Shown here: in pieces, positions 31,688 through 42,169 of the stretch
How the letters are laid out: every line of letters starts with the position of its first letter
Numbering within the stretch: the stretch's first letter is position 1
Source of the DNA: Bacteroides uniformis
GTDB taxonomy: Bacteria; Bacillota_I; Bacilli_A; RFN20; CAG-826
Direction: 5' to 3'
Assembly: GCA_963641445.1 (NCBI GenBank)
Contig: CAVIBR010000007.1
Location: forward strand, 2,525-66,524
DNA: 64,000 nucleotides
Notes under the pieces: generated by a model
The model's input: the letters and a program-made list of their open reading frames with translations, nothing else
Databases searched by the model: none
Told to the model about the DNA's origin: nothing
Translations under genes and position numbers: made by a program

Positions 31688-32521
31688 TTAGTCCTGAGAA
31701 GGGTTGTGATTTTCTCTTTTAGCGAGGCTCTCTTTGATAGCGATTCCTTGAATTACAAGATGCATGACCTTATCAAGCTCTTTGCCAGCGCGATAATCGG
31801 CTGGGCAAACATAATTAACGCGTCCATCTTGGAAAAGGTCTGCAACCTTATCTTCCTTTCCTCTTGGGTATACGGCGATTGATTTTCCGCCGGAATTCTT
31901 AGCAACGATCATTGCAGGAATATCCGTCATCCCATCTCCGATATAAATCATGTTGGAATATGGAACACGGCGATCAGGCTGTTTTTCATTAACGCCCTTA
32001 TCATCGTTAGCATCGACCGCGCCTTTAGAGATACGATAGAAATATTGGGTCTTTTGGGTGAAGTTAATCGCTAATTTTGGCCAAACGGCTTTTCCATTCT
32101 CATCAAAGAAGAATTCGCATCCGTAAATGACTTTGAACTCTTTAGCAATCGCGCATCCTTCAACAATCTCTTTATTTCCGGAAGAAACAAGGTAATGTTC
32201 GATCTTCAATCCGTTCTCTTTGCCATAATCATTGATTCTTTGAAACCAGTCAACCACACCAGGCCAGAATTGAATTGGCTTTCCTTGATCTTTAAGCCAT
32301 TCTTTGCTCATTTCAATGCCTTTTTCTTTGCATGATTGAAGCATGACATAAAGATATCCAAGAGTTCTTTCCATCCCGCTTTTTTCGCAGAACTCGCCTG
32401 TCTTGGACCAGAATTCTTCAGGCATCATCCCCAAAGATGGGATAAAACCGAAGTTTTGCATGTCGCTAATTGCTAGCGTTGAATCAAAATCATAGAGAAT
32501 CGCAACAATAGGTTTTTTCAT
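31688..32521 (-). CDS. HAD-superfamily hydrolase
   Basis: Motif I ILYDFDSTL and motif IV YIGDGMTDIP. ATG at 32521 (MKKPIV). Confidence 0.7.
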   Translation of the reverse strand: MKKPIVAILYDFDSTLAISDMQNFGFIPSLGMMPEEFWSKTGEFCEKSGMERTLGYLYVMLQSCKEKGIEMSKEWLKDQGKPIQFWPGVVDWFQRINDYGKENGLKIEHYLVSSGNKEIVEGCAIAKEFKVIYGCEFFFDENGKAVWPKLAINFTQKTQYFYRISKGAVDANDDKGVNEKQPDRRVPYSNMIYIGDGMTDIPAMIVAKNSGGKSIAVYPRGKEDKVADLFQDGRVNYVCPADYRAGKELDKVMHLVIQGIAIKESLAKRENHNPSQD

Positions 32522-32659
32522 AATATTCACTCTTAAGAGTGATAATAGTTTACAATCAAACAATTAATGTGTCAATTTCAGAATATGTAAGTTTTCTTTC
32601 AGAAAATGTTTCAAGAAAAGTAATTTGCCTTTTCTTAGAAAGAAAATTAAACTAATCGC

Positions 32660-33178
32660 ATGGAATGGTGGCAGATTTTACTTTATGCGATATCAATAAC
32701 CCTCATTTTATATATGATTGGTTTCTTTTATGCGCTTGAATGCATTTCCACTTTCAAAGAAAAAATCAGGAAAAAAACCTTGGCTATTTCTATTTTGCTA
32801 TCTGAAAAGAAAGATGTTCTTCAATCTCTTTTTTCTTTGATGAAAAATGATATTCAAGATAAGTCAATTCTAGATAGTTATGAGAAGGTTAATTCTCTTA
32901 ACCTAGACAAGCTAGAATCTAAGGACATCGAGCTTAGTTTGATCATCTTAACAACTTTGCAAAAACAATTGATTATGTTTGCTAATTCAACTGAATATAA
33001 GGATAACGAAAACTATCTTACTTACCATGACATTCTCAATGATTTAGATACAAATTATCGTAAAATGACTGCTGTGTTCAATAGCGATATCACCGGCTAT
33101 GATTATTGGAGAAAAACTCCTCTTTTCAGAGGGCTTTTCCACATATTCAGATTCAAAGAAATAAATAGGCTGCCTTAG
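32660..33178 (+). CDS. membrane-anchored hypothetical protein (172 aa)
   Basis: N-terminal TM helix WWQILLYAISITLILYMIGFFYAL followed by a helical domain. Confidence 0.55.
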   Translation: MEWWQILLYAISITLILYMIGFFYALECISTFKEKIRKKTLAISILLSEKKDVLQSLFSLMKNDIQDKSILDSYEKVNSLNLDKLESKDIELSLIILTTLQKQLIMFANSTEYKDNENYLTYHDILNDLDTNYRKMTAVFNSDITGYDYWRKTPLFRGLFHIFRFKEINRLP

Positions 33179-34707
33179 AAATGCATCTCGTAATCGACTA
33201 AGCCATCGTAGAAATCTTTTTCGTGGGAAACGATGATTACTGAACCAGGATATCTTTCGATGCAATCAAAAATGGCATCCTTTGCTTTTTGATCTAAATG
33301 ATTTGTCGGTTCATCTAAAACAAGGAAATTGCTCTTTTTGAAAGTCATTAAGGCAAACCTAGTTTTAGCCACTTCTCCACCAGAAAGTTCTTTCATCGGT
33401 CTTAAGGCTAGTTCTTTTCTTACCCCGCAATTGCCTAAGGCTTTACGAATTTCAGTATTGTTATAATCTGGGTAATAAGAATGAAGATATTCAAAAGGAG
33501 TCATGCTCATATCGATTTTTTCATCTTGGTTAAAATAATTGATAACAATTCCTGGAAGGAAAGAGAAACTTCCTCCAAGAGATGGTATAGCCCCTAAGAT
33601 AGTTTTTAAGAATGTTGATTTGCCAACGCCATTTTGTCCAAGGATGGCAATTTTCTCTCCTTCATTTAACTCAAAGGAAATAGGATCAAGCAATGGCTTA
33701 TTATATCCAATAACTAAATCTTCAACGCGAAGAGGGATTTTTCCAACTGGATGAGTATAAGGGAAAGAAATATAAACACGACCTTCTTCTTTTGCCGGAG
33801 CTTCCATAACATCTAGATGAGCGAGTCTTGCTCGATGAGATTTGGCCGCTTTTGCCGAAGTTGCTCTAACAATATGTTTAGCGATAAATGTTTCTTCCTT
33901 TTTTATATAACGTTGTTGAGCTTCATAATCCTTTTTATATTGTTCTTTATCTATTTCGTGTTGCAAAAGATAATGCTCAAAAGTTCCTTTGTAACGAGTG
34001 ATAGTTTGATTTTCTAAAACAAAAACAACATTGGCTATTTGCTTAAGGAATTCTTGGTCGTGAGAGACGACTAAAAATGCTTTTGGATAGGAGGAAAGAT
34101 ATTTTGCAAGCCAGCTTACTTGGCCTTGATCTAAGAAGTTTGTAGGTTCATCCATTATAAGGACGTCTTTTTCTTCAAGTAACATCTTAGCAAGATATGT
34201 CTTTTCTCTTTGCCCGGAAGAAAGTTGGGCCAAAGGCGCGTCAAGATGCTCTTTATCAAACCCTAATCCATCAGTCAAGCGACCAACCTTTTCTTGCAGG
34301 GCATAGAAATTTTTGCTATCAAGTTCTTCTTGAATCCGTTCAGCTTTCGCTAGGTATTTTTCGAAATTATCAGGATCTAATGCACTTTGCTCGTAAAGTT
34401 TTTCCATCTGTTTTTCTTTTTGGAAAAGGTCTTCATATACGCCGTAGAGATATTGATGAACTGGCATATCCTGAGCAACTTTCAATTGCTGATCCAAATA
34501 TGAATATGTCGTGCTAGATTCCCATATGACTTTCCCTTTATCCGGGGTCAAATCTCCAACGATCATGCTTAAAAGAGTGGTTTTTCCTGAGCCATTGACT
34601 CCAACAAGAACGCAATGTTCTCCTGGATTCATCTTCAATGAAGCTTGACGATATAGTTCTTTATCTGAGTAATTAAATTCGATATTGTCTAATTCTAGTA
34701 AGGCCAT
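33175..34707 (-). CDS. ABC-F family ATPase (two ABC cassettes, no TM domain)
   Basis: Walker A GVNGSGKTT and GQNGVGKST. Signatures LSSGQREK and LSGGEVAK. Confidence 0.85.
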   Translation of the reverse strand: MALLELDNIEFNYSDKELYRQASLKMNPGEHCVLVGVNGSGKTTLLSMIVGDLTPDKGKVIWESSTTYSYLDQQLKVAQDMPVHQYLYGVYEDLFQKEKQMEKLYEQSALDPDNFEKYLAKAERIQEELDSKNFYALQEKVGRLTDGLGFDKEHLDAPLAQLSSGQREKTYLAKMLLEEKDVLIMDEPTNFLDQGQVSWLAKYLSSYPKAFLVVSHDQEFLKQIANVVFVLENQTITRYKGTFEHYLLQHEIDKEQYKKDYEAQQRYIKKEETFIAKHIVRATSAKAAKSHRARLAHLDVMEAPAKEEGRVYISFPYTHPVGKIPLRVEDLVIGYNKPLLDPISFELNEGEKIAILGQNGVGKSTFLKTILGAIPSLGGSFSFLPGIVINYFNQDEKIDMSMTPFEYLHSYYPDYNNTEIRKALGNCGVRKELALRPMKELSGGEVAKTRFALMTFKKSNFLVLDEPTNHLDQKAKDAIFDCIERYPGSVIIVSHEKDFYDGLVDYEMHF

Positions 34708-34815
34708 AACGTTGCTAATTATCGCAAATTTACCTAGATAATGCTAGAAATTAAACACCGTTAAGGTTATCCTTTTGTAACACAAAAGATAAATTTGTGT
34801 TTTAATTAATGTGTT

Positions 34816-36078
34816 ATGAAAAACAAAAAACTAATAATAACCTCACTGTTTGGCGTCTTGTTATCCTCTTGTGGATTCTCTAATAACGGTTCGAGTGAAA
34901 TAAATGACTATAAAAACCCTTTAAATAATTACGAGAAAAATCTCGTTCAGAAAAGCGTTATCGAAAATATAACCGATATTGCTTCAATTGAAGTATCTTC
35001 CTCTTCTTCAAAAGATGATGAGAAACTTTATGGATCAGCTAGTTCAAAATCAATTAGCAAATCCGAATCTACTTCATCAAAAACAGCAGTAATATATTCA
35101 AATTACATTATCCTTGAAAAAGAGACAATAACTTCTTCAACCTTTGAAAATGGCATAAGAGTTACCGAATCATACGAAACGAGAAACATGCTTGCAGTTT
35201 TAGAAAATCCAGCCGGGCAAATTACATCTGGCCGTATAGCAACAAAATATGGCTTATATAAAAAGAGCTTCTATAAGGCATCTGGAGCTAAGGAATTTGG
35301 AGCAACATATTCTTTGATAAATCCAAATTTCTCTGACGAAACCGACCTAGAATATAAATGGAATACTTATTTGATTACGAATTTCGACAAGTTTTCATCT
35401 TTCGCCTTCAACTATTTCAAAAACGATGATGGATCAGTTAATGCTTTATATTCTTCTTTAAGCAAATCAACAATCACAAACCCTCTTTATCGTAACGACA
35501 CGACAAAAAACGTCACGGCCGTAACTAGCGATGTCTCAAAATTAGGTCTAGAAACCATAGATGATGGATATCGAATCAAAAAGCTTAGCACAAGCAAAAC
35601 AGTTGATTATCTCACTGATTTTTATGGAAATTCCCTTGAAGAAGGAACGGTTTCGACCTATAAAGAAGACACATCATATTTCTACGACAAATCCTTATAT
35701 GTGGGGGATCCTTTCAAAGCAAGCGAATATTGGGAACTAGATTCCTCAATTCCAGTCTTAGAAATCTATTCAGACGGAAATTTATCTGATAAGACAACGT
35801 TCACTAATATCACTCGTGATTATCAACAAACATATGGTAATGAAAACTTTGCTTTCGAATTAACGTTCAAACCAAAAGGAGAAAATTACGCTTATCGTCT
35901 AAATGACGCCTCAAGCAAAAATATCTACTCTCCTTCTTCATTCAAGACAACAGGAAATATCGGCTTAACAATAAATGAAGATAAATCCTTCACTTTGGAT
36001 CCAAATTCAACTTATTACTTCTCTGTTATTTTAAAACCTGATTTCTCCATCAAAGAAGTAAGTATCTCTCTAGCTTAA
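34816..36078 (+). CDS. lipoprotein, Ser-rich N-terminal region
   Basis: Signal peptide with lipobox LLSSC (MKNKKLIITSLFGVLLSSCG). Confidence 0.75.
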   Translation: MKNKKLIITSLFGVLLSSCGFSNNGSSEINDYKNPLNNYEKNLVQKSVIENITDIASIEVSSSSSKDDEKLYGSASSKSISKSESTSSKTAVIYSNYIILEKETITSSTFENGIRVTESYETRNMLAVLENPAGQITSGRIATKYGLYKKSFYKASGAKEFGATYSLINPNFSDETDLEYKWNTYLITNFDKFSSFAFNYFKNDDGSVNALYSSLSKSTITNPLYRNDTTKNVTAVTSDVSKLGLETIDDGYRIKKLSTSKTVDYLTDFYGNSLEEGTVSTYKEDTSYFYDKSLYVGDPFKASEYWELDSSIPVLEIYSDGNLSDKTTFTNITRDYQQTYGNENFAFELTFKPKGENYAYRLNDASSKNIYSPSSFKTTGNIGLTINEDKSFTLDPNSTYYFSVILKPDFSIKEVSISLA

Positions 36079-36079
36079 G

Positions 36080-36700
36080 ATGATTATTTATCTTATTATT
36101 GGAAAAAATATCGACTGGAAAAACTTCTCTTTTATCGAGCCATCTCTCAAAGTAGGTATCGATAAAGGGAGTTTTTTAGCATTAGAAAATGGCATAAAAC
36201 TTGATTACGCTATTGGGGATTTTGATTCTTGCAACGAAGAAGAAAAAGCAAAAATCCTCGCAGAAGTCCCGCGTGTTATAAAATTAAACCCAATCAAAGA
36301 TGATACGGATACCAAACACGCTTATTCAATTTGGAAAAACGAAAAGGATGTTTCGTTCATTATCCTCGGTGGAATTGAAGGCAAAAGAATTGAACATTTT
36401 TATGCCAATCTAGAATTGGTAATGTTAGATAAAAGAATCGCAATTCAAGATTCAAATACCATAATTCGTCTATTAAACGATGAAGAAACAATCAAACAAA
36501 GTGAATATAAATACATCTCCTTCTTCCCTCTTGAAGAAAAAGGAAGATTAACCCTTAAAGGATTTGCCTATGATCTTGATGATGAAGAAATATTCAAAGG
36601 CCAAGGATTAGCCGTTTCCAATGAATTAAAAGAAAACGAAGGATTCATCAAAGTTAATGAGGGGAAATTCCTGATGTTTTTAAGCAAAAACGATAAATAA
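36080..36700 (+). CDS. thiN: thiamine pyrophosphokinase
   Basis: YAIGDFDS motif, ...DDTDTKHA, C-terminal thiamine-binding-like domain. Lies next to the TPP riboswitch-thiT unit. Confidence 0.8.
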   Translation: MIIYLIIGKNIDWKNFSFIEPSLKVGIDKGSFLALENGIKLDYAIGDFDSCNEEEKAKILAEVPRVIKLNPIKDDTDTKHAYSIWKNEKDVSFIILGGIEGKRIEHFYANLELVMLDKRIAIQDSNTIIRLLNDEETIKQSEYKYISFFPLEEKGRLTLKGFAYDLDDEEIFKGQGLAVSNELKENEGFIKVNEGKFLMFLSKNDK

Positions 36701-36736
36701 AGATTCCAAGTTAATAAACAGTGTTATAATAAGTCC

Positions 36737-36832
36737 GGCTAAAAGCCCGGGGAGCATCCCTAAGATTGCTGAGAGGTTACTAATTCGTGACGACCCGAAA
36801 CCTGATCTAGATAATGCTAGCGTAGGTAGATG
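36737..36832 (+). ncRNA. TPP (THI-box) riboswitch
   Basis: GGGGAGC...CTGAGAG...ACCCGAAACCTGATCTAGATAATGCTAGCGTAGG matches the THI-box core. An extended -10 TGTTATAAT lies at 36722-36730. Confidence 0.9.
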
Positions 36833-36845
36833 TTTTTAATGTTTC

Positions 36846-36876
36846 CCCGCGCATTTTCTAGATTGTGCGGTTTTTC
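36846..36876 (+). terminator. riboswitch expression-platform terminator
   Basis: CCGCGCA-N10-TGTGCGG followed by TTTTT, just before the thiT SD. Confidence 0.7.
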
Positions 36877-36896
36877 TTTTATCTAGGAGGAAATTT

Positions 36897-37553
36897 ATGG
36901 ATAAGCAAAGAAAAACTTGGAACGTTAAAACCATCGCGGAAATTGCTATATTTTCCGCTTTAGGATACGTTCTAGATCTATTGGCCGGAATTTATTCTAG
37001 CCCTATTTTCCCAAATGGAGGATCCTTAGGGGTTGCAATGGTATGCGTTTTTATCATTTCGTATCGAAGAGGCTTTCTTCCAGGGCTAATAACTGCCCTA
37101 ATTATGGGGTTACTCGATATAGCAGATGGCTTCTATGTTGTTTCAGGCGCCTCATGGTATATGACCTTCATCCAAGTCGCACTCGATTATTGGATTGCCT
37201 ATCCTCTTGTATCGCTTGCTGGAATTTTTACTCGTTTGATTAAGAAGAATTCAGCAAATAGCAAGGCGATGTATCTTTACATTATTTTAGGATGCATCGT
37301 TGGAGGATTGGCTAAATATATGTCCCATGTTTTATCGGGTGCAATATTTTGGGGAAGCGACGCTTCATCATTCGCTTGGTCGTTCAAAGATAGCGGAATA
37401 AATGCCTGGGAATATTCATTTATCTACAATCTTGCCTATATGGGACCAGATATCGTTTTATCAACGATTGTTACCTGCGTTCTTATCAAAGCGTGGCCAA
37501 AAATGTTATTCCCTGAAGATAAAACGATTGAGGAAAAGGAGATTGCAAAATGA
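36897..37553 (+). CDS. thiT: thiamine transporter, ECF S-component ThiT
   Basis: 218-aa, ~6-TM protein directly under the TPP riboswitch. N-terminus KTIAEIAIFSALGYVLD is typical of ThiT. Confidence 0.75.
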   Translation: MDKQRKTWNVKTIAEIAIFSALGYVLDLLAGIYSSPIFPNGGSLGVAMVCVFIISYRRGFLPGLITALIMGLLDIADGFYVVSGASWYMTFIQVALDYWIAYPLVSLAGIFTRLIKKNSANSKAMYLYIILGCIVGGLAKYMSHVLSGAIFWGSDASSFAWSFKDSGINAWEYSFIYNLAYMGPDIVLSTIVTCVLIKAWPKMLFPEDKTIEEKEIAK

Positions 37554-38188
37554 AAATAAATTCGAAAAATCGCTTACTAAAACCCCTTGGATTTATTATT
37601 TCCGGGTTCATTGGCTTTGTTGCAACACTTGTTGGATACATCCTAACCGCTATTGATTCTTATTATGATGATGGCTTTGGTCAATCAATTTCTTATGGCT
37701 CAAAAGATCTATTGATGTTGGCTATCGTTTCTTTCTTGGTAACCTTATTTGGGATATATCTTTTAACTAATTATTTCCAAAAGAAAAAGGAAATCGATTA
37801 TCTCCCAGCGATGTTTATTGGCCTTCTTTCCTTCATCGTTCTTGTTTTCTTTATTTCCTATATTTTTAAACCTGTTATCAAAGGTGATGTTAGCGTTAAT
37901 ACGCCATATATCATGATGATATTTGGTGCAGTACTTGGAATTATTGCCACCATTCTTGCATCAATTCTTCTTTTCAATCATTTAAAAAAGAAAACATCTT
38001 ACTATTCCTTCATCTTCTCTTATCTCATCTTCATTTGTTATTGCCTTGAAATAAGCCTTTATGCAATCGCAAAAGGAATATCTTTAAGCGGAAACGGAAT
38101 TGCAATTTGCTATTACGTTCTTGTTTTTAGTGAGTTATTAGAGCTTCTATCATCGATATTCACAAACGTCGACGAAAGATTGCGTTAA
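37550..38188 (+). CDS. polytopic membrane protein
   Basis: ATGA overlap with thiT. About 6 hydrophobic helices. Confidence 0.6.
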   Translation: MKINSKNRLLKPLGFIISGFIGFVATLVGYILTAIDSYYDDGFGQSISYGSKDLLMLAIVSFLVTLFGIYLLTNYFQKKKEIDYLPAMFIGLLSFIVLVFFISYIFKPVIKGDVSVNTPYIMMIFGAVLGIIATILASILLFNHLKKKTSYYSFIFSYLIFICYCLEISLYAIAKGISLSGNGIAICYYVLVFSELLELLSSIFTNVDERLR

Positions 38189-38247
38189 TAGACATTCATC
38201 TGATTAATACCTATAATTTACAAACGTATTATTAGAGGTATTTTAGG

Positions 38248-39744
38248 ATGGAACATTCAAAAGAATTTAAGGAACTTGAACCTTATTTAAAGAAAATCAG
38301 ACATGAGAATTTCTTAAGTTCGTTAATAGGCTTTGACATATCTACTTCTTGCCCAAGTAAATCCATAGAATTAGAATCAGAACTTTCATCGGAAATCGAT
38401 GAAAACGTTGCAAACATCTTTTCTTCGGAAGAGTTTGTTACAAAATTAGAAAACCTTCTAAACAAAAAAGAGATTTCTAAGGAAGAAGAAAGACTTGCCA
38501 AAGCTTTTTCTTATAACGTCGAATTATTGAAAAAGATGTCTGTCGAAGAATATGTCGCTTGTAGAAAGTCTTTTAGCAAATCCAATGAGACGTGGAGAAA
38601 ATACAAACCAACAAACGAATTCGGCAAATGGCTTCCTTATTGGAAAGAATGCATTGCAAATGCTCGCAAAATAAACAAATTGATGATGACTAGCGATATG
38701 GAAACGCCATATGATGCCGCCTTAGATTGTTACGAGCCAGGAGAAAGAAGCAAACAATTAGATGTGATTTTTGAACCTATCAAAGAATGCGTCAAAAGCC
38801 TTCTTCCAAAGGTATTAGAAAAACAAGCGAAAATCCAAATACCTCCACTAAAACCTTACTCAATTGATGCACAGCGTCATTTAGCTGATGATCTTTTGAA
38901 ATGGGAAAAATATGATCTTGAACAAGGATGTTTAAGAGAATCCATGCACCCATTCACAATCCAAATTTCCCAATTTGACACGAGAATCACGACTGAATAT
39001 AAGATTGAAGATTGGCGCGCTGCAGCATATTCCGAGATTCATGAGGCAGGACATGCTCTTGAATTTCAAAACAAGCCTCAAGAAATGTATGATAACTACC
39101 TCGAAGGAGTAGGAACTGCTGCAATTTGCGAAACACATTCAAGACTATACGAAAACATCATTGCTAGATCCTTCGAATTCATGCCAACTTTCAAAGATTT
39201 ATGTGCCAAGAATCTTGACCCAGAATTCAAAGAGATGTCAGTAAAAGATTTCTATCATCTCGTTAATCGAGTTGAACCTATCCCTAATCGTTGTGATTCC
39301 GATGAACTCACTTATTCCTTGCATATAATAATTCGTTATGAGATCGAACGCGATTTAATCAATGGAGTTATCGAGTGCGAAGATGTTCCTTCAATTTGGA
39401 ATAAGAAATACAAGGAATATCTCAATGTTGACGTTCCTTCAGATTCCGAAGGATGCATGCAAGATATCCACTGGTCCGATAATGAAATAGGCTATTTCCC
39501 TTCATATCTATTAGGAAATCTTTATGGTGCGATGATCTTTGAGAAAATGGAAAAAGACATCGATGCTAGAAAACTCATTCAAGAAAATAGGATGGATGAA
39601 ATTCTCTTATATCTAGCTAAGAACGATTATTGCTATGATTGGATGGAACCAAATGATTGGATCAAAAAGGTCACTGGAAAAGAATTAACAAGTAAGCCAT
39701 TCATCGATTATCTCAATAAGAAATATGGAGGAATATATGACTAA
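38248..39744 (+). CDS. M32 carboxypeptidase (Taq-like)
   Basis: HPF motif (SMHPFT), zinc site HEAGHALEF, and IRYEIERDLING further downstream. Confidence 0.85.
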   Translation: MEHSKEFKELEPYLKKIRHENFLSSLIGFDISTSCPSKSIELESELSSEIDENVANIFSSEEFVTKLENLLNKKEISKEEERLAKAFSYNVELLKKMSVEEYVACRKSFSKSNETWRKYKPTNEFGKWLPYWKECIANARKINKLMMTSDMETPYDAALDCYEPGERSKQLDVIFEPIKECVKSLLPKVLEKQAKIQIPPLKPYSIDAQRHLADDLLKWEKYDLEQGCLRESMHPFTIQISQFDTRITTEYKIEDWRAAAYSEIHEAGHALEFQNKPQEMYDNYLEGVGTAAICETHSRLYENIIARSFEFMPTFKDLCAKNLDPEFKEMSVKDFYHLVNRVEPIPNRCDSDELTYSLHIIIRYEIERDLINGVIECEDVPSIWNKKYKEYLNVDVPSDSEGCMQDIHWSDNEIGYFPSYLLGNLYGAMIFEKMEKDIDARKLIQENRMDEILLYLAKNDYCYDWMEPNDWIKKVTGKELTSKPFIDYLNKKYGGIYD

Positions 39745-40153
39745 TCTTGAAAAAGCAAAAAAGATTCTTGATGAAGGAAATTATACCTTGGTCTTAGTTT
39801 CTGATAATGATATTCAAACTGATACATTAAGAGGTGTCCATCCTTTGCTAAATAGATATGGAAAAGATTTCTCATCTTATTCTGCAGCTGATAAGGTAAT
39901 TGGAAAAGGTGCGGCTCTCCTATATGCTGGATTAAAAATCAAGGAAGTGTATTGTCGTACAATTTCTATCCCTGCTTTAGAAGTAATGAATGCTTATCAA
40001 ATAAAGGTTACCTACGATAATCTTGTTCCTAATATATTCAATCATTTCAAAACAGGATTTTGTCCGATTGAAACTGCAACAAAGGATGCTAAGACGCCTG
40101 AGGAAGCGATTCCATTAATCATCGCTAAACTAAAAGAGCTTGGTGAAAAATAA
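39737..40153 (+). CDS. DUF1893-family protein
   Basis: TLVLVSDNDI...RGVHPLL...ADKVIGKGAALLYAGLKIKEVY...FCPIE pattern. GGAGG lies 5 nt upstream of the ATG at 39737. Confidence 0.65.
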   Translation: MTNLEKAKKILDEGNYTLVLVSDNDIQTDTLRGVHPLLNRYGKDFSSYSAADKVIGKGAALLYAGLKIKEVYCRTISIPALEVMNAYQIKVTYDNLVPNIFNHFKTGFCPIETATKDAKTPEEAIPLIIAKLKELGEK

Positions 40154-40155
40154 AA

Positions 40156-40195
40156 AACGCAGTCCTCCAAATATTCTTGGGGACTGCGTTATTTT
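40156..40195 (+). terminator. intrinsic terminator
   Basis: 10-bp stem AACGCAGTCC/GGACTGCGTT followed by ATTTT. Confidence 0.75.
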
Positions 40196-40596
40196 AAATT
40201 TAATGGCCTTCTATTAGAAAGATAGCCACGCAATTCGATGATTAATTAGAAGTTGAGCGAATCAACAGAATTAATGTAATCATCTAGCAGACAGGACGCT
40301 AAAACGGATAATTTTTTATCGTCGCGTTGCTTATCTTCGTAAGCGGTCTGTAAGTTCTTAAATTGCTTTTCGATCATACGTTTTTCCTCCTTTTTCTGTT
40401 TATATATCTACTGGCCTTGGAAGGTCAGGAATTAAGATTTTACACGTTTGAAAAATAAAAACAAGTTTTTTTGAAAGAAAATGAAAATATTTTTATCTTG
40501 ACATATTGTCATTAGATATTTTATGATTATTTCACCCTAAATTTAGAGAGGGAATAGGTGGCAAAGGGATTGTTCTTCTAACAGAAGAATTGCCAT

Positions 40597-40977
40597 CTAT
40601 TTCTTTTTTGCTAGGAATTCATCTTTATAGATGTAATACACTTCTTCTTTTTCTTTTTTAAGTGGTTTCTTCTTCAATGGTTTAATATCAAGTTCTTGGC
40701 ATTTGCTCGACAAAGAAAGAAAATGGACATCTAAGGATTCGTCATAATCCAATCTTAGATAATCTAGGTTTATCAAATAATGAATCCTGTATTTTAATTT
40801 CTTGGATGTTATGGATGGAAGATAGCCAAATACCTTTGATTCTGCTAAATCTTTTACTCTCTTATCGCCAAGCAAAACTAGGCAAAGGCCCTTTGGAGTG
40901 ACTTTGTAACCTTCTTCGTCGAGTGTTAAGACTGCGCCAAGAATCGTTCTTTTAGAAAGGGGAATTAATTGTTCCAT
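40597..40977 (-). CDS. hypothetical protein with Lys-rich C-terminus (126 aa)
   Basis: Clean ATG. No family recognised. Confidence 0.55.
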   Translation of the reverse strand: MEQLIPLSKRTILGAVLTLDEEGYKVTPKGLCLVLLGDKRVKDLAESKVFGYLPSITSKKLKYRIHYLINLDYLRLDYDESLDVHFLSLSSKCQELDIKPLKKKPLKKEKEEVYYIYKDEFLAKKK

Positions 40978-41040
40978 GTTGAAATATTATATTCATATTT
41001 ATTGCGATATTTAAATATTAAAACTACAATATCTAACGCT

Positions 41041-41352
41041 ATGGCTGATGAACAAATTGAAAAACAAATAGAAGAAGTCTTAGATAAGGTTCGTCCATTC
41101 TTGCAAAGAGAAGGCGGAGACATCGAATTCATAGGATTCAAAGATGGCGTTGTATATGTCAGAATGGTTGGCGCTTGCAACGGTTGCTTGTATGCTGACG
41201 CAGATATATCGCAAGGCGTTGAAATCATTCTTATGGAGGAAGTTCCTGGCGTCATTAGATGCGATGCTTCGATGAATGTCCCAGAAGACGTGATGAATGC
41301 TTATCTAGACAAAAAAGGAAAAGAACATAACGTTCCTGAAGAAGAAAAATAG
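41041..41352 (+). CDS. NifU C-terminal-domain (Nfu-type) Fe-S protein
   Basis: VLDKVRPFLQREGGDIEFIGFKDGVVYVRMVGACNGC is the Nfu CxxC pattern. ATG at 41041. Confidence 0.8.
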   Translation: MADEQIEKQIEEVLDKVRPFLQREGGDIEFIGFKDGVVYVRMVGACNGCLYADADISQGVEIILMEEVPGVIRCDASMNVPEDVMNAYLDKKGKEHNVPEEEK

Positions 41353-41381
41353 CCACATGAGGATGACCTCATGTGGTTTTT
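41353..41381. terminator. bidirectional terminator
   Basis: CCACATGAGG-ATGA-CCTCATGTGG with T-runs on both strands, between convergent genes. Confidence 0.8.
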
Positions 41382-41382
41382 C

Positions 41383-42165
41383 TTAATAATGAATGTTTTC
41401 TTTCTTGTTAGCTGTCACATAACCATCATGGTTATAGACATCTTCGCGATTGTATCTCATTTTTTCCATTGTCGGAGGAACTAACATCACTCCTCCTGCT
41501 TCAGTAAGAATGATGTCTCCTGCAGCAACATCCCACTCTTTCGTATTTCCTGAACAGCGATAAGAAATATCAGCTTGTCCATCGGCGATGTAGCAGAATT
41601 TCATTGCTGCACCTAATGGATTTATCGAGGAATATAATTCTAGATGCTTATCGTAAATGGCTTTTTCTTTTTCGTTAAAGAAAGAAACGGAACGAAGTGC
41701 ACGGAGGTTTTCCGTTCTATCAGAGACTGAAATCTTGGTTCTATTTCCATCTGGGCTTTGCCTGAAAGCGCCATTTCCTTTGCTTGCAAAATAAACGACG
41801 TCAAGAACAGGGATATTGATTACTCCAGCTACTACTTCATGATTTCTAACTAAGGCGATATTGGTTGTAAATTGCCCATTTCTTGAAACAAATTCCTTCG
41901 TTCCATCAACTGGATCAACAACGAAAATGAATTCTTTACTTAATCTTTCTTTCGTGTCTTTGCTCTCTTCAGTCAAGAAACCATATTCAGGAAATTCCTT
42001 AGAAAGAATTTCTCTAATCATCTTATCCGCCCCTTTATCGGCATTAGTAACAGGAGAATTGTCATCCTTTGTTATGACTTCAAAGTCAGTATGATATACT
42101 TCCAAAATCCATTTTTGAGCTTCTTTTGCCGCTTTGATCATCATTTCTATTTCATGTTCGTACAT
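41383..42165 (-). CDS. inositol monophosphatase / CysQ-family phosphatase
   Basis: LTEES, VVDPVDGTKEF and KEWDVAAG motifs. Confidence 0.8.
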   Translation of the reverse strand: MYEHEIEMMIKAAKEAQKWILEVYHTDFEVITKDDNSPVTNADKGADKMIREILSKEFPEYGFLTEESKDTKERLSKEFIFVVDPVDGTKEFVSRNGQFTTNIALVRNHEVVAGVINIPVLDVVYFASKGNGAFRQSPDGNRTKISVSDRTENLRALRSVSFFNEKEKAIYDKHLELYSSINPLGAAMKFCYIADGQADISYRCSGNTKEWDVAAGDIILTEAGGVMLVPPTMEKMRYNREDVYNHDGYVTANKKENIHY

Positions 42166-42169
42166 ATCT

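Noticed and set aside
40246-40378. Apparent 43-codon minus-strand ORF with a strong SD (GGAGG) in the 40.2-40.6 kb gap
   Set aside because: Careful re-reading shows a TAA after 20 codons (MIEKQFKNLQTAYEDKQRDG*), inside the hairpin ACGGATAA-AAAA-TTATCCGT. That hairpin has only a 3-T tail. A nearby plus-strand TTGACA-18-TATGAT (40498-40527) followed by a TTCTTCT-AAC-AGAAGAA hairpin could mark a small RNA, but the support is too weak to call either.
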